Source of the DNA: the human T2T-CHM13v2.0 reference genome, Homo sapiens
Length of the DNA: 64,000 nt
Reading direction: 5' to 3' (one strand)
NCBI RefSeq assembly: GCF_009914755.1
Contig: NC_060935.1
Position 1 is the first letter of the stretch. The number at the start of each line of letters is the position of its first letter. This document shows, one piece after another, positions 1 through 14,379 of this stretch. The notes below the pieces were generated by a model. The model was given only the letters and a program-made list of their open reading frames with translations, made no database searches and was not told the DNA's origin. Position numbers and translations under genes: made by a program.

Positions 1-1334
1 TAGAGAAGGGGTATCAGGAACCGGCGAAGAGGGTTGGAGACAGGGAACCATGGATGGGAGAGGGGCTGGAGAGGAGGGAAGAGGAGGAGGAAGAGAAAGG
101 CTGAGAGAGAGGGACTGGGGATTGGGGGTGCTGCCCAGGGATGAGACAAAGAGGCTTCTGGTAACCACTTCCACGTGGGAAGCCCTCCATTCCCAAAGCG
201 CCTGCCTGCCACATTTCTTCTCTCAGGGAGTGGCTGGTGGGCCAGATGGGGGGTGCTTTGAGCTCAGGGCCCTGGGGGTGGCTGTGAGGGACAGAGGGTG
301 AGGACTTTGGAAGGGGAGTGACAGCCTCCGAGGGTGGGCAAACAGGCTGGCTCCTGTGCTGCCATTTATTTATCCGGCCCGGACGTTGGATTCTGCAGCC
401 GCTGCCGCCACCACGGTGGCTGCTTATTTTGGGGTGTTACATTCTGGCAGAGTGAGAAGCTGTTTGCAGCAGCTCTAAACCTCCGTCACCCGCGTCAGTG
501 CCTCCCCAGGCCCCTGCGTCACTGGCATCACCACCACCTCCATCCCACTCCTCAGCTCCCACCTCCTCAGCCCCTGCCCCCTCAGCATCTGCCCGCAGGC
601 CCCAGCCCTTCCCTGAAGCAGCCCGTTGGGTGTGGAGCCCTTGCTTCTCGTCTGGGACCCTGTGCCCCTCCTTCCAGAGCGAGAGGCCTCTGCTGCCTTT
701 CCAGGGAGCATCCTTTCCTGGGACCACTCTGCACCAGCGACTCTGCCCTGTGGGTGGGTAGCCTGGATCCTGCCCCCTACTTTGGGTCCAGTTTTCTTCT
801 CCTCAAGTTCCTTCTTCTACAGGGGCCTCCGGCCCAAAGAGTGGCCTGTGGGCTGAGAACTTTGTTTCTGAGCCTTGGTACTCCAAGGTTTGATAGCCAG
901 AGTCCTGGACAGTGGTCCCTCAGTGAACAGATACTTTTGGCTCTGGACACTTCAGCCTTCCGGGATCAATACCATGTTCTGGCCTCTCTTGGCTCCCTCC
1001 CCTGGTCAGTTCTGGCCATATATTCTGGACAGGGGTCATCTCTTCTTGACTCCCACATGTAATCACTACTCTAGAACAACCGCAACTGGAAGCCTAGGAG
1101 GTGAAAGTTGCAGAGAGAGCTGGAGTCCCTTCCTTGCCTTGACCCTGAATAGCCAAACAGACTCAGCATTGTGGCTGGCCCAGCCCTAGGCACCTGGGTG
1201 CAATTTCTCTCCTGTCTTTACCTCAAGGGCAGTGTCTCACACATTCAGGCGTGGTTTCTGCGGAGGATGTGGCCACCTCTTAAAGAAAGATCAGAGTGTC
1301 TCTCTGACATGGGCTTGATGTCCCTCTTTTCCAA

Positions 1335-1520
1335 TCTGGGTTCCACCTTGTACTAGCTGCATGACCTGAGGCCACTGTGTCATGTTTCTGGGGCTCCCTT
1401 CCTTCATCTGCAAATTGGGGGCCACAATATTGACCTCCAGGGGATTATGTGTGTTGTGTTCAATGTATAAAGAAGTTAACCTGTACAAATGCAGTGCCTA
1501 GGACAAAATAGGTGCTTCTT
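1335..1520. mobile_element. MIR SINE
   Basis: MIR core-like tactagctgcatgacc...ttccttcatctgcaaattgggg...cagtgcctaggac. Confidence 0.6.
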
Positions 1521-4056
1521 GGTTTCCTCCTACCCTGCTGTACTCTCCCCTGCAGCTCTAGCCATCCCCTGCTGACTTTAGAGGAGGGGGTGAGCAGAGA
1601 GGGTGGGGGAGGCTGCTACAAAGGGCTTTCCTCTGTCCATGAAGTAGTGGAGGGATGAAATGAAGGCTTCTGAGAAAGACAATGAAGGCGAGCTGTAGAG
1701 ACCTGGTCAGGAGGCCTGGGGTGCTCAGAAACTCACACTTCCCCTCCCCAGCCCTCAATGGTGTTACCTATGATGTGAGGGGTCGGCTCTAGGTGGCCAC
1801 CGAGGTATCCCCCTTTCCAGCTCTGATACTCTGTGCATCTTGCCCCAGTCTCCACCGGGAATTCACAAAATGAAGGCCAGGAGTGGAGCCGTGGTCCTCG
1901 GGAGAGACAGGAGGCCTGGGCCTGGAGGGAAGGAGTGGTGGTGCTGAGGAGGAGTGAGAACAGGGGGTGGGGAAGGGACGTGGCAAGAAAGAAAAGGGCA
2001 CACACTGGGCAGGGCAGGGACTGAGGGCGGGGGAGAGAGGGAAAGGCACAGCTCTCTAGTCCCCCAACCCCCCAGTCCCACCACCTCTGCCCTGGAGTGC
2101 TCGCTCCAGCCCCAGCAGGCCTGGGGCAGTGAAGCCCAGAGCCCCCTCCCCTCCCCTCCTCCTTGCCTCCAGTGAGAGCCGCTGCGTGAATTATGGATGA
2201 GCTCCTTGGGTTACAGCTGCTTTGCACGGCAGTGGCAAGGGCCAGAAATGGCAACAGAGTCACTGTTATGCAGCAGCTGTTATGGAGGAGCCCCCAGCAC
2301 CGGGTCGCTCTTCAGAGAGCCTGCAGGGACCACTATCATGGGCTGGGGGAGGTGAGCCCTGGTTGGGGGAGACATGGGAACAAGATGGAAGGAGAGTGGG
2401 GAAAGAGAAGAGAAGTAGTCTAATGTGGGCAGGTGGGGAGCAGGAGAGTCTAGGGAGAGAAAGAGGAGTAGGCACCCTTGCCAGCTCCTGCAGAGTTTAC
2501 CCTCAAGGCCGGAAGGAACCCTGATGCCAGGGGAATGGGCCTTGCCTCTGAGATTGCACATCCTTCCCTCTGTCTCTCCTGGGGCAGCGGTCAGTCCGGA
2601 GGCTGGGGGAAAGCTCTGTAATCCTCCAGGGGCTAGCGGCCATCAGGGCTCACACTCTGGTGAGCTTGTGGATAAGGGGTAGGATTAAGGGATCAGAGAA
2701 GGATTTGGCTTCTTTTGGTGTCAAGTCCTTAGGGAAGTGGAGATCAGAGGGTGACTCTGACAGGAAGGGAAGTGCCCTGGCTGGGCATCAAGAGACTTTT
2801 CTGGCCCTTTCCCTGCCAACACTTTGCTGTGTGACCTTGGGTAAGTCGCTTGCTCTCTCTGAGCTCCAGTCATCACCTCAGTAGAACTGATGCTTGAACC
2901 AGAGGAATCGAGGGGACCTTTGCGGCTTTGAAATCTCCAGTTCTAAGCCCCAAACCTCAACCCTCATGAAACCCACTCAGGGTCCCCACTGTGCTTCCAC
3001 ACTCCACCTCTGCCTGGTTCAGATGAGGGGTGAGAGACATTGCTCCTCCACCCCACGTGGGTCTAAGAAACTCGGGAGGAGAAAGTAATCGTGAAACGCC
3101 GCACGGGGGAGGGGTGAGAAGGGCCGAGAAACGCGGAGGTGGTGTGAACGAATGGAACAGCAGCCGCTGTGTCACTGAGTATTACATCACACCCAGCCTA
3201 CACACGCACGGGGCCCGGCGCTCACACACACGCGGAGGACAGCCAGCACGCACCGACGCAGCACCGACGCAGCGCCAGGAGGGGCCGGGGACACTCACGG
3301 TGGGGCCCAAAAGCGAGGAGCAGCACACTGGGAGTGTGGATCTTCCACCCCGCACCTGTGTGCTCCCCCCTCTGGAGGAGGAACACCAGGGCAGCTGGGA
3401 TGCCAGCGCCACACTCGGGGCCTGTCAGTCCCATGCGTGCACACCTGGCTGAGCAGCACTGCATTTGGTGAGCACCTGGCTCACGCCACTACCCAAAATC
3501 ACAGATACATACACACATTCACGCACACGGCAACCTCAGGAGCGTGACACAACACACACAAAACCACCACTAAGCAAGTGCAATTTGCAGCCTTGGAGAC
3601 CCCACACTCAAAATCACCAACCCCTCAGTCTCTCCCAGGGTCTCTGAACCCCAAGGAGCCCCAGGATGTCAGAGTGCAGAAACAAGTCTTCCTCCCCTCT
3701 GCCTTCAAAAGCCTAGGACGTTGCTTGAAGCAGAAGGTGTTCAGTCACTGTGTGCCCAGGGAATGACTGCCTGGCTTTGGGGGTGCAGGCTCCCTTTTTC
3801 CCCAGGCAAAACTGCCAGAAGAAAATCCCAGGAGTCACCTGGAAATCATAAGAAAGTGTAGAGGTCAAGCTAGTTCCGGCCTAGAACTTTATCAGCTATA
3901 GTGACGGCAAAGGCCAGGGATGATGGGAGGCCCTGCACCCCTATTAAAATATGAGTACAGACACCTGCACTCCACTCTCTAGCCCCCAGGCTCTCTGGGC
4001 CTGCTTTTCCATCAGTATCATAATAAGGATGGATCATATCCAACCTTCAAAAGTTA

Positions 4057-4700
<644 letters not shown>

Positions 4701-4982
4701 AGAAGTTTTTAAGTAACTGCGAATGAGGAGAGCCTGGGGTGTAAAATGCAGATTCCCAGGCTGTCCCCCCAGGAATTCTGCATAGTTCCTAGGACTGGCT
4801 GGTGGCCTCACTTAGAGACCCGACCCTTAAGGCCCCTCCCGGCACAAAGAGGCTCTGACTCTGCAAGGGCGAAAAGTACAGGAAAGTAAGGGCACTGGGC
4901 ACCAGTGGGCTGGCAAGACCAGACCCCAGAGTGAGTCCATTTCACACGGGCCTCAGATCTCCAAAGGGTCCCAAGTTACTTC

Positions 4983-5187
4983 CAGTCATTCTCCAATGGG
5001 GTGACTTTGCCCCCCAGGGGACATTTGGCAATGTCTGGAGACATTTTGGTTGTCACAACTGGAGGCAGGGTGCTGCTGGCATCTAGTGGGTAGAAGACAG
5101 AGATGCTGCTAAATGCCTTATATAGGGCTGCCCCCACAACGAGGAACTATCCGGCCCAACTGTCAATACTGAGGCAGAGAAACCCTG
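4983..5187 (+). mobile_element. MER20 (hAT-Charlie DNA transposon)
   Basis: cccccaggggacatttggcaatgtctggagacattttggttgtcacaactgg...ggcatctagtgggtaga...gagaaaccctg follows the MER20 consensus end to end. Confidence 0.9.
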
Positions 5188-5368
5188 ACGTTAGTCTTTT
5201 GACATTAATCTCTAGACAAGGTCAAACATGCAATAGTGAAAACAGGAATGAAGAGATGATCATTCTTCAACCAATTTGCAGTGCTTTCTACAATGGCCTT
5301 TTGGCATTATTTTTTAATATATGAGAAGCCTCAGAAAGTGGAAGTGGCCAGGCCACTTGAGGCTATAA

Positions 5369-5728
<360 letters not shown>

Positions 5729-5823
5729 GGGTCTAGGCCTTTTACCAAGTTGGGGGGCTGGCCCCCAGCTGGCACTCCTGCCCTGGAAGCCCACCTAGTA
5801 AGTTCTGCTTCCCCTCCCCACAG

Positions 5824-6305
5824 CTCCCGCCTCGGCCTGCCTCCTGCTGATGCTCCTGGCCCTGCCCCTGGCGGCCCCCAGCTGCCCCATGCTCTGCACC
5901 TGCTACTCATCCCCGCCCACCGTGAGCTGCCAGGCCAACAACTTCTCCTCTGTGCCGCTGTCCCTGCCACCCAGCACTCAGCGACTCTTCCTGCAGAACA
6001 ACCTCATCCGCACGCTGCGGCCAGGCACCTTTGGGTCCAACCTGCTCACCCTGTGGCTCTTCTCCAACAACCTCTCCACCATCTACCCGGGCACTTTCCG
6101 CCACTTGCAAGCCCTGGAGGAGCTGGACCTCGGTGACAACCGGCACCTGCGCTCGCTGGAGCCCGACACCTTCCAGGGCCTGGAGCGGCTGCAGTCGCTG
6201 CATTTGTACCGCTGCCAGCTCAGCAGCCTGCCCGGCAACATCTTCCGAGGCCTGGTCAGCCTGCAGTACCTCTACCTCCAGGAGAACAGCCTGCTCCACC
6301 TACAG
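5824..6305 (+). CDS. RTN4RL2: RTN4RL2 coding exon 2 (end of signal peptide, LRRNT, first LRRs)
   Basis: Acceptor cccccacag|CT at 5824 and donor CTACAG|gtgagc at 6305. Encodes (A)[36 protein letters not shown]...QENSLLHLQ, with a Cys cap and LxxLxLxxN repeats. 482 nt. Confidence 0.97.
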
Positions 6306-6329
6306 GTGAGCCTGCCCTGCCCCCACCCT

Positions 6330-6760
6330 CAGCCCCTTTCTGGTTTCCTCTCTCTGTGGGCCCCTCTGCTCCCCGACCCTGGCGTGCGTCCCTCCTCTCT
6401 CCCCAGGCCACCCTTCCTGCCTCAGCATCTCCATTTCTCTCTGTCTATGTCTCTTTTCTCTCTTACATTCTCCAGGGGCTTTACTTTTTCCCTTCTGCCT
6501 CTCTACCTGTTTAGGTCCCTTGCTGTTCCTCTCTCTCTCTCTCCCTCTAACTCCACAACCTTCACCTCTCTGCCTCTGCCTGTCTGTCTGTCTATCCCTT
6601 TCCATCCATCACTGCCTCTCTCACTAACTTGCCTCCCCCATCTGTCTTCTGCCTCTTCTGTCTGTCTCCCTTCACACACCCACTCCGCATACACCCCCAT
6701 GTCTGTCTGCGTGTGTGTATCTGTCTCTTTCTGTGATCTCACGTGTTTGCCTTCAGGGCA
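6330..6760 (+). repeat. CT-rich low-complexity tract
   Basis: Strong pyrimidine bias (ctct, tctg repeats). Confidence 0.75.
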
Positions 6761-8388
6761 CTCTGCCTTCCCCCAGGGTCCCCTGCCCAAAGGCCTTTGC
6801 AGCTGTTTTTCTCACCCACCCTCAAGTCTGCCCACATCACGGTGAAGTAGAGAGAGAAGGCAGAGCCACAGCCACTGGCATCCCACAGAAAGTTGCGCTT
6901 CTCTCCAATTCACTGGGCAATGGGACGGGAGAAGCCCACACCCCTTCTAGATTCCCATTTTCCAAACCTGTCATCTCAATGCAGGGGAAGAAAGAAAAGG
7001 GTAAATCTCTGTTATGCAGCTGGAGAATGGATGCTCTGAAAATGGAAGGAATACCAGTAATTGTTATTCATTGTTATTATTATTGATCTAATTATTGTTT
7101 ATTGTTGTTATGCTGACTGTTTGACACGCAAATCATCCCACTCCATTTCCCCAGGAAGCAATAACACACCCTCCAAACCACCCTGAGAGAAAATCTTCCC
7201 TTGGCTACAGAGCCTCCGGCTGGAAGGGGGTGAAAATATCCAAATTCTGCCCTCTCCCTACTTGAACCTGGAACGTGCTTCCTCTGCCTCATCCAGGGCT
7301 AGTGCCTAACTAGTTATCAATCTGCTAGTTGGAAAATCAGGTCAGTGCTGATGATGCTAATGATAATAACAATAGCCATAACAACCTAACAAACATACTG
7401 AGCACCCACTACGAGCTAGATGCTAAGAATACAGTAGTGAACAGAACAGACCAAACCCCCTGCCTTCACAGAGATACCATTCCCATGAGGAGGGAAAGAA
7501 GTAAAATGCACGGTATATTGGAAAAATATGTCTTATATTATTCTTATTGTTGCCTAAATAGTGACAGTAATAGCAGTAGCCGCCACCACTTAGTGGGTAC
7601 ACAGGGTCAGCCACAGTGCCAAGCACTTTATAGGTATCCACTCTGCCATTTACAAGCGTGTGACATTTTTTTTTTTTACCTCCTCAGACCTCAGTTTTCT
7701 CATCTGTACAATGGGGTAGCAAGAGCACCCATCTCCTAGGGATTTTGAAAGCATTAAATGCATGAATAATTTGTAAAGCACTTAGAATAGTGCTTGGCAT
7801 ACGGTAAGTGCTATATAAATGCTTGTTAAAATACTATTTTAAAAAAAGAAACGAGCCTTATTTAACATTGGTTTCAGTGAAGTGGCCCAACTTGGACTCC
7901 ATCCTGAAGATGTGGGTCAACTTCAAGGATTATACTAAGGTCATGAGTGAGTCCCAGAAATTGCACCTCACAGTTTATGAAGTGCACTCAGCCACCTCAT
8001 CTCATTTCTACAGCCCAGTTGGGAGATTATTTTCACCTCCTTGTTAACAATGGAGAAGCTGAGGCTGGGGGCCCTGAAGACCCTATAGAGATATAGTCAC
8101 CTCCAATCATAAATCTTTTCAACCATTGTCGGTGTGACCGGAGGCTTATGTCTTCTCACCATCATGTTGAGCCTCACAACAACCTGGTGATAGGGACAGT
8201 TAGGGGCACTAGGGACATGGAATGAATGTTCCTGAGGCCACACACCCAGGAAGAGCTGGCGCTTGAACCTCATGGTCTGGCTACAAGGGGACAGTACTCT
8301 GGAGTACAATTGAGCAGGCTCATTTTTGAAAGCACACAGTTTGGACTCAGCAAGACCTAGGTTCAAATCCTGGCTCCTATATATATGA

Positions 8389-8777
<389 letters not shown>

Positions 8778-8790
8778 TAAGAAGTTTTGT

Positions 8791-8846
8791 AAGGATTAAA
8801 ATGTAAGGCATTTAGCACAAGGATTAAAATGTAAGGCATTTAGCAC
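8791..8846. repeat. Perfect 28-bp tandem duplication
   Basis: aaggattaaaatgtaaggcatttagcac x2. Confidence 0.95.
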
Positions 8847-8987
8847 ATATGGGCACTATAATAATAATTACTACTACTACTACTACTAATACTGAGATCA
8901 AATACTACTACAAATTGATCATGCATTTAATGCTTTCAAAATCTCCTTATCAATATATATTAGTTATTTAGGAGGAATTTGGAGTCA

Positions 8988-9503
<516 letters not shown>

Positions 9504-10052
9504 TTATTATGACCCCATCCTCCATTGACTCTCAGGCCAACAACAGCAATCAGGACCTGAGGTCAGCAAAGGCTTGGGCAGAGGGGACCTCAGGTGGACA
9601 TTGGGGTCTTCTGAAATGGGAAGTGTTTGTTCTCTACGCCCCTGGCATGAATGGTACCAGGCATCATGGGAAGGAAGCAACTTCACACCTGGCCTTTTAT
9701 AGAGGAGATGGAAAACACAGCCTCTGCCTGTGAACTGCCTGGTAGGGCTGGGCTGGGAGATGCCACAGGCAGGTGAGGAAACATGGGCTGGGGTGAGATC
9801 CGCAGGGTGCAGGTGTGACCCAAGATGGAGCCAGGCCTGCCCCAAAGGGGAGCTTTGGAGGAAACTCCACCAGAGGACCACAGCTTTTCAGAATGGGGAA
9901 GGGCCAGGCACTGTGCCAGGTGAGTTCATTCATCAACAGATATTTACTGAGTATCTACCACATGCCAGGCAATGTTCCAGGTGCCAGGGATTCAGGAGAG
10001 AACAGAAACAGTGGCCCTGTTCTCCCAGAGCATATTCCCTACTCAAGTGTAG

Positions 10053-10727
<675 letters not shown>

Positions 10728-13700
10728 TGGCCTGAATGGTTTAAAAATAGTCTTTATGCTCAAGCAGATCAGATCTCAGTTTGAATTCCAGCCACACCTC
10801 TAATTTGCTCTATGGCTTTGTGCAAGTTATTTAACCACTCTGAGCCTCGATGGACCCATCTGTGAAATGGGGATAACCTGTACCTTGGCGAGCAGGGGTT
10901 GTGAGGATTAAAGGAGATACTACTGAGCTCACAGCCCAATGTCTGGTACAAAGTGAGTATCCAATGAATGGTAGCTATCCATTAACACCAGGGAGGACAC
11001 CAACTGAAGCTCAGCAAAATAAAAGCACAGTCCAAGGTCACCCAGCTAGTAAGGAACATGACCTAGAATTGGCCCAGGTCTGTCTGACTCCAGAGTGCAG
11101 TTGTTCAGAGGTCTCTGGAGTTGGAAGCCACGTTCCACTGCATATTAGCTGTTGGACCCTAGGCGAGTCACTTCACTTCTCTGAGGCTCCATCTCGTAAT
11201 CTCTGAAATGGAGATAATAATAGTATCCACCTCATAGGGTTGTGACAATTAAGTTACTATATAGGATCTGTGTAGCACAGAGCTTGGCACATGGTAAGAG
11301 CTCAATCAGTTACCTGCTTGACAATGCTGACGCCGATGATGACGATGATACCCATCCTAGACTGATGAGCTCTGTAAGCGGGGGTGCCTGGCACAGAGTA
11401 GACACTCGGTACAGCTCTGTGGAATGAATGAGGCACATCCCAGAACTCACCAATTCATAAAAATCAGATGCAGATGGGATCTTAAAGATCACCTATCCTA
11501 AGTCCCTTGTTTCACAGATGAAAAGACCCAGGCCCAGAGAGGTGCTTGGAGCTGCGCAAGGTCACACAGCCAAGCAGCTCATTTGATTAGTGTCAGAGCC
11601 AAGAGCTGGGAGTTTGGAGGGAGGCAAGGTTAAGAACAGGATGCTGTCAGGGAAGCAGGCAGGGATGCTGTGTTAAGATTCCAAATGGATGCAGAGAGCT
11701 GTGAACCGGCCAGTGGGGAGGCAAGGGAAATGTGGTTTTTGAAATGGAAGAGGATGACTTTAGCAGAGGCTCTCAGCCCAGAGGGAGGGGAGATAGGGAG
11801 GGGAGATAGGGAGGGGCGGGGGGAGGGCTAGGGCTGTGAAAGTCAAGAGCTTATTAATGCATAGAGAACGGTTTTAACAGTGGAGAGAGGAAGGACCGGA
11901 TTTGAAAGCTACATTCAAGGAAGTGGCAACGGGATTTGGCAACAGCTTGGATGGGGGGAGGAGGCAATGGACCCCAAGGCAGAGGCTCAGAGAAGGGAGG
12001 GGCAGGACTTTTTGCAGAGAAACAAAAGGAGAGGAGAGGAGGTTAGAATCAAGAAATTCTGTGGGCCAAAACCTGGGGCTGTGGGTCAAAGGCACCTGAA
12101 TTCCCTAGGATCTCTGGAACTTTGGTCTACTCTTCTGACCTCCCGAGGTCCCCCAAAATGTGGATTACCCCTGCTCACTCTCCCCCAACCCCCGGCCCCT
12201 TATCGATCCTCTGACCATACATCTCTGGGTGTGTCCTACTCTTGCTGACACTTCATAAAAAGAGGAACCCCATTTAGGTGTTTTGAGTGGCAGGGATTCC
12301 AAGCCTACCCCCTGGATGGGCCTGGAAGAGAACAAGAGCACCAGGCCATGGTGAGTCAGGCTGAGGCCAGGGAGGTGCAAGGAGCCAGCTGGAGGCCTGA
12401 GCCAGGATTTGGGGTGGTGGCAGCAGGGGGCGGAGAATGGTGGTGTCAGAGGCAGCCGAGAAGGTTGAGGGGGACGGATCTCAATGTGGCCAAGAGGAGG
12501 GCTCTTGGCACGCTCAGTTCCTGTAGCGAAGAGGGCGGAAGCCAGATGGGAGGGGGCGAGAACAGGCAGGAGCACAGGAAGGTGGAGGCTGTGGGTGTAG
12601 GCTGGGAGTCAATGCCCTCCCCCAACCTGAGGCCTCCGACCAGGCTCCTGGGTGGCAGGCATGGGGAGGAAAGCGTCTCCCCAGGCAGTGAGGGAGGGAG
12701 AGCCACAGTCAGGGAACAGGCCCCCTGGGTGAACTGGCCTGAGCAGAGTGGATGCTCCTGTTCTGAGACCCAGACCTCCTGGAACCTGCTGACCACAGTG
12801 ATGCCCTGCACAAGAGGGGAGGACCTCAAGGCAGTGAGGTCAGGGAGCTGAAGTCCTGCTTCCCTCTCTGGCAAGCCCTTATCTCTTTGAGCCCCAGTGC
12901 TCTCCTCTAAAAAAGTGAGCTGGGCTGATGGGTGCCAAGGCATTAGCTCCCAAGTCAGCTGATCATCAGAATCCCCTGGTGAGCTGGTTATAATGCAGAG
13001 TCCAGGAATCCCCACTGGCCGTGGGCCACACACACCCGCCGCCCCCCGCTGTTAATTCTGAACCATAGTTCCAAGGTCCTTTCTGCACTAATGTGGCCTG
13101 ATTAGGTGACTCCCTAGCACCAGGCAGGTGGGACAGCGCCTCTAAGGGGAGTAGTAATGCAATGTGGCTTCCTTCCTCTCCTCCCCTGCCGCCTCTGGGG
13201 GTGGAGCTGATGCCCCTCACCCCAATACCCAGCCTAGTAGCAGTACTTTGGTTCCCCCAGGGAGCTCCTCTTTTAAAGAAAAGGGACAGGACCCAATTGT
13301 TACTGAGCCCCTATTGTCATAGTAGCCACCATTTATTGATGGTTGACTATGCACCTGCCAGATACTGTACCCTTAACAGCATTTATCATCCAACCCTCCT
13401 TTAGCCTGCTGAGGGGGTTATACATAATAAGGAATATTGTACATACTGAGGAACCTGAGACTCCATGAGGTTAAAACTTGCCTAAAATAACACAGCTAGG
13501 GAAAAGGCAAGCTGGATTTTGAACTAGGGCTCTAAGTGCTGAGCCTGTGGGCTTCATAATTGGACCAAATCCCTGTGTGCTGGGCACGTGTCCAGCACTT
13601 CCCTCATATGATCTTTATGTGAACCATCCTCTGGAATCCTCAGAACAAACCCAGGAAGTAGGTATACTCATCCCCATTTTACAGATGAGGAAACAGGCAC

Positions 13701-13999
13701 AGAGAGATGACTGGCTTGGCCAAGTTAAGAATAATGGCTAACAAACAAAAACAAAAACAAAAATTAAAAAAAAAAAAAGAATAATGGCTAACTCATGGAA
13801 CTCATAGAACTCCACAAGGAAAGGTGTTCTAAGCACCTTCATACATGCTGCTTCATTTAATCTCTACATTATACAGATGAGGAAACTGAGTCACAGATAT
13901 CCTGAGTGACTTGCCCACGGTGGCATCAGTTAATGACAGATCCAAGATTTGAAATCAGAAAGGCTGGCTCCCCAGTCTCCATACTTCACCAAACCAGAA

Positions 14000-14179
14000 G
14001 TTCTGAAACTCAAACTGTGGTCCTGCCAATGGCCACACTGGCTTCCCTGGGGAACCTGTAGACATGGGGATTCCCAGGCTCCACCCCAAACCTCCTGAAT
14101 TAGAAACTCTGCCCCCCGCCCCACCCCGCTCAGAGATCCGCAGGGGATCCTAATACACCCGAAAGTTTAGGAACCACTG
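14000..14179. mobile_element. MER5A-like DNA transposon
   Basis: ctcaaactgtggtcc...gattcccaggctccacccc...gaattagaaactctg...aaagtttaggaaccactg. Confidence 0.7.
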
Positions 14180-14379
14180 ACCTCACCAATACCACTTTTT
14201 CCACAGCAAATAGGTTAGAGGAGGCAGAATCCAAATCCAGGATGCTATGAATCAAAAGGTCAACCCTTTCTCTTCTGCCACGGTGCACCCCCTTCCCTCC
14301 CCCGGCCAAGGCCCCAGCGGGGTCTGCACCCTGCCTCAGGCCCATTCTCTTCTTCTGTGCCCCACTCCACCCCACCCAG

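Noticed and set aside
334-1062. 242-aa ORF with His/Pro runs
   Set aside because: Non-ATG start, low-complexity C-rich intronic sequence, no splice or domain support.
1771-1800. gatgtgaggg resembling the 7SK 5' end
   Set aside because: Similarity ends after about 10 nt.
6306-6845. 180-codon read-through of RTN4RL2 exon 2 into intron 2 (331-aa ORF)
   Set aside because: The extension is a CT-rich tract that lacks stops by composition (Ser/Leu/Pro). The canonical donor is strong and I see no nearby AATAAA.
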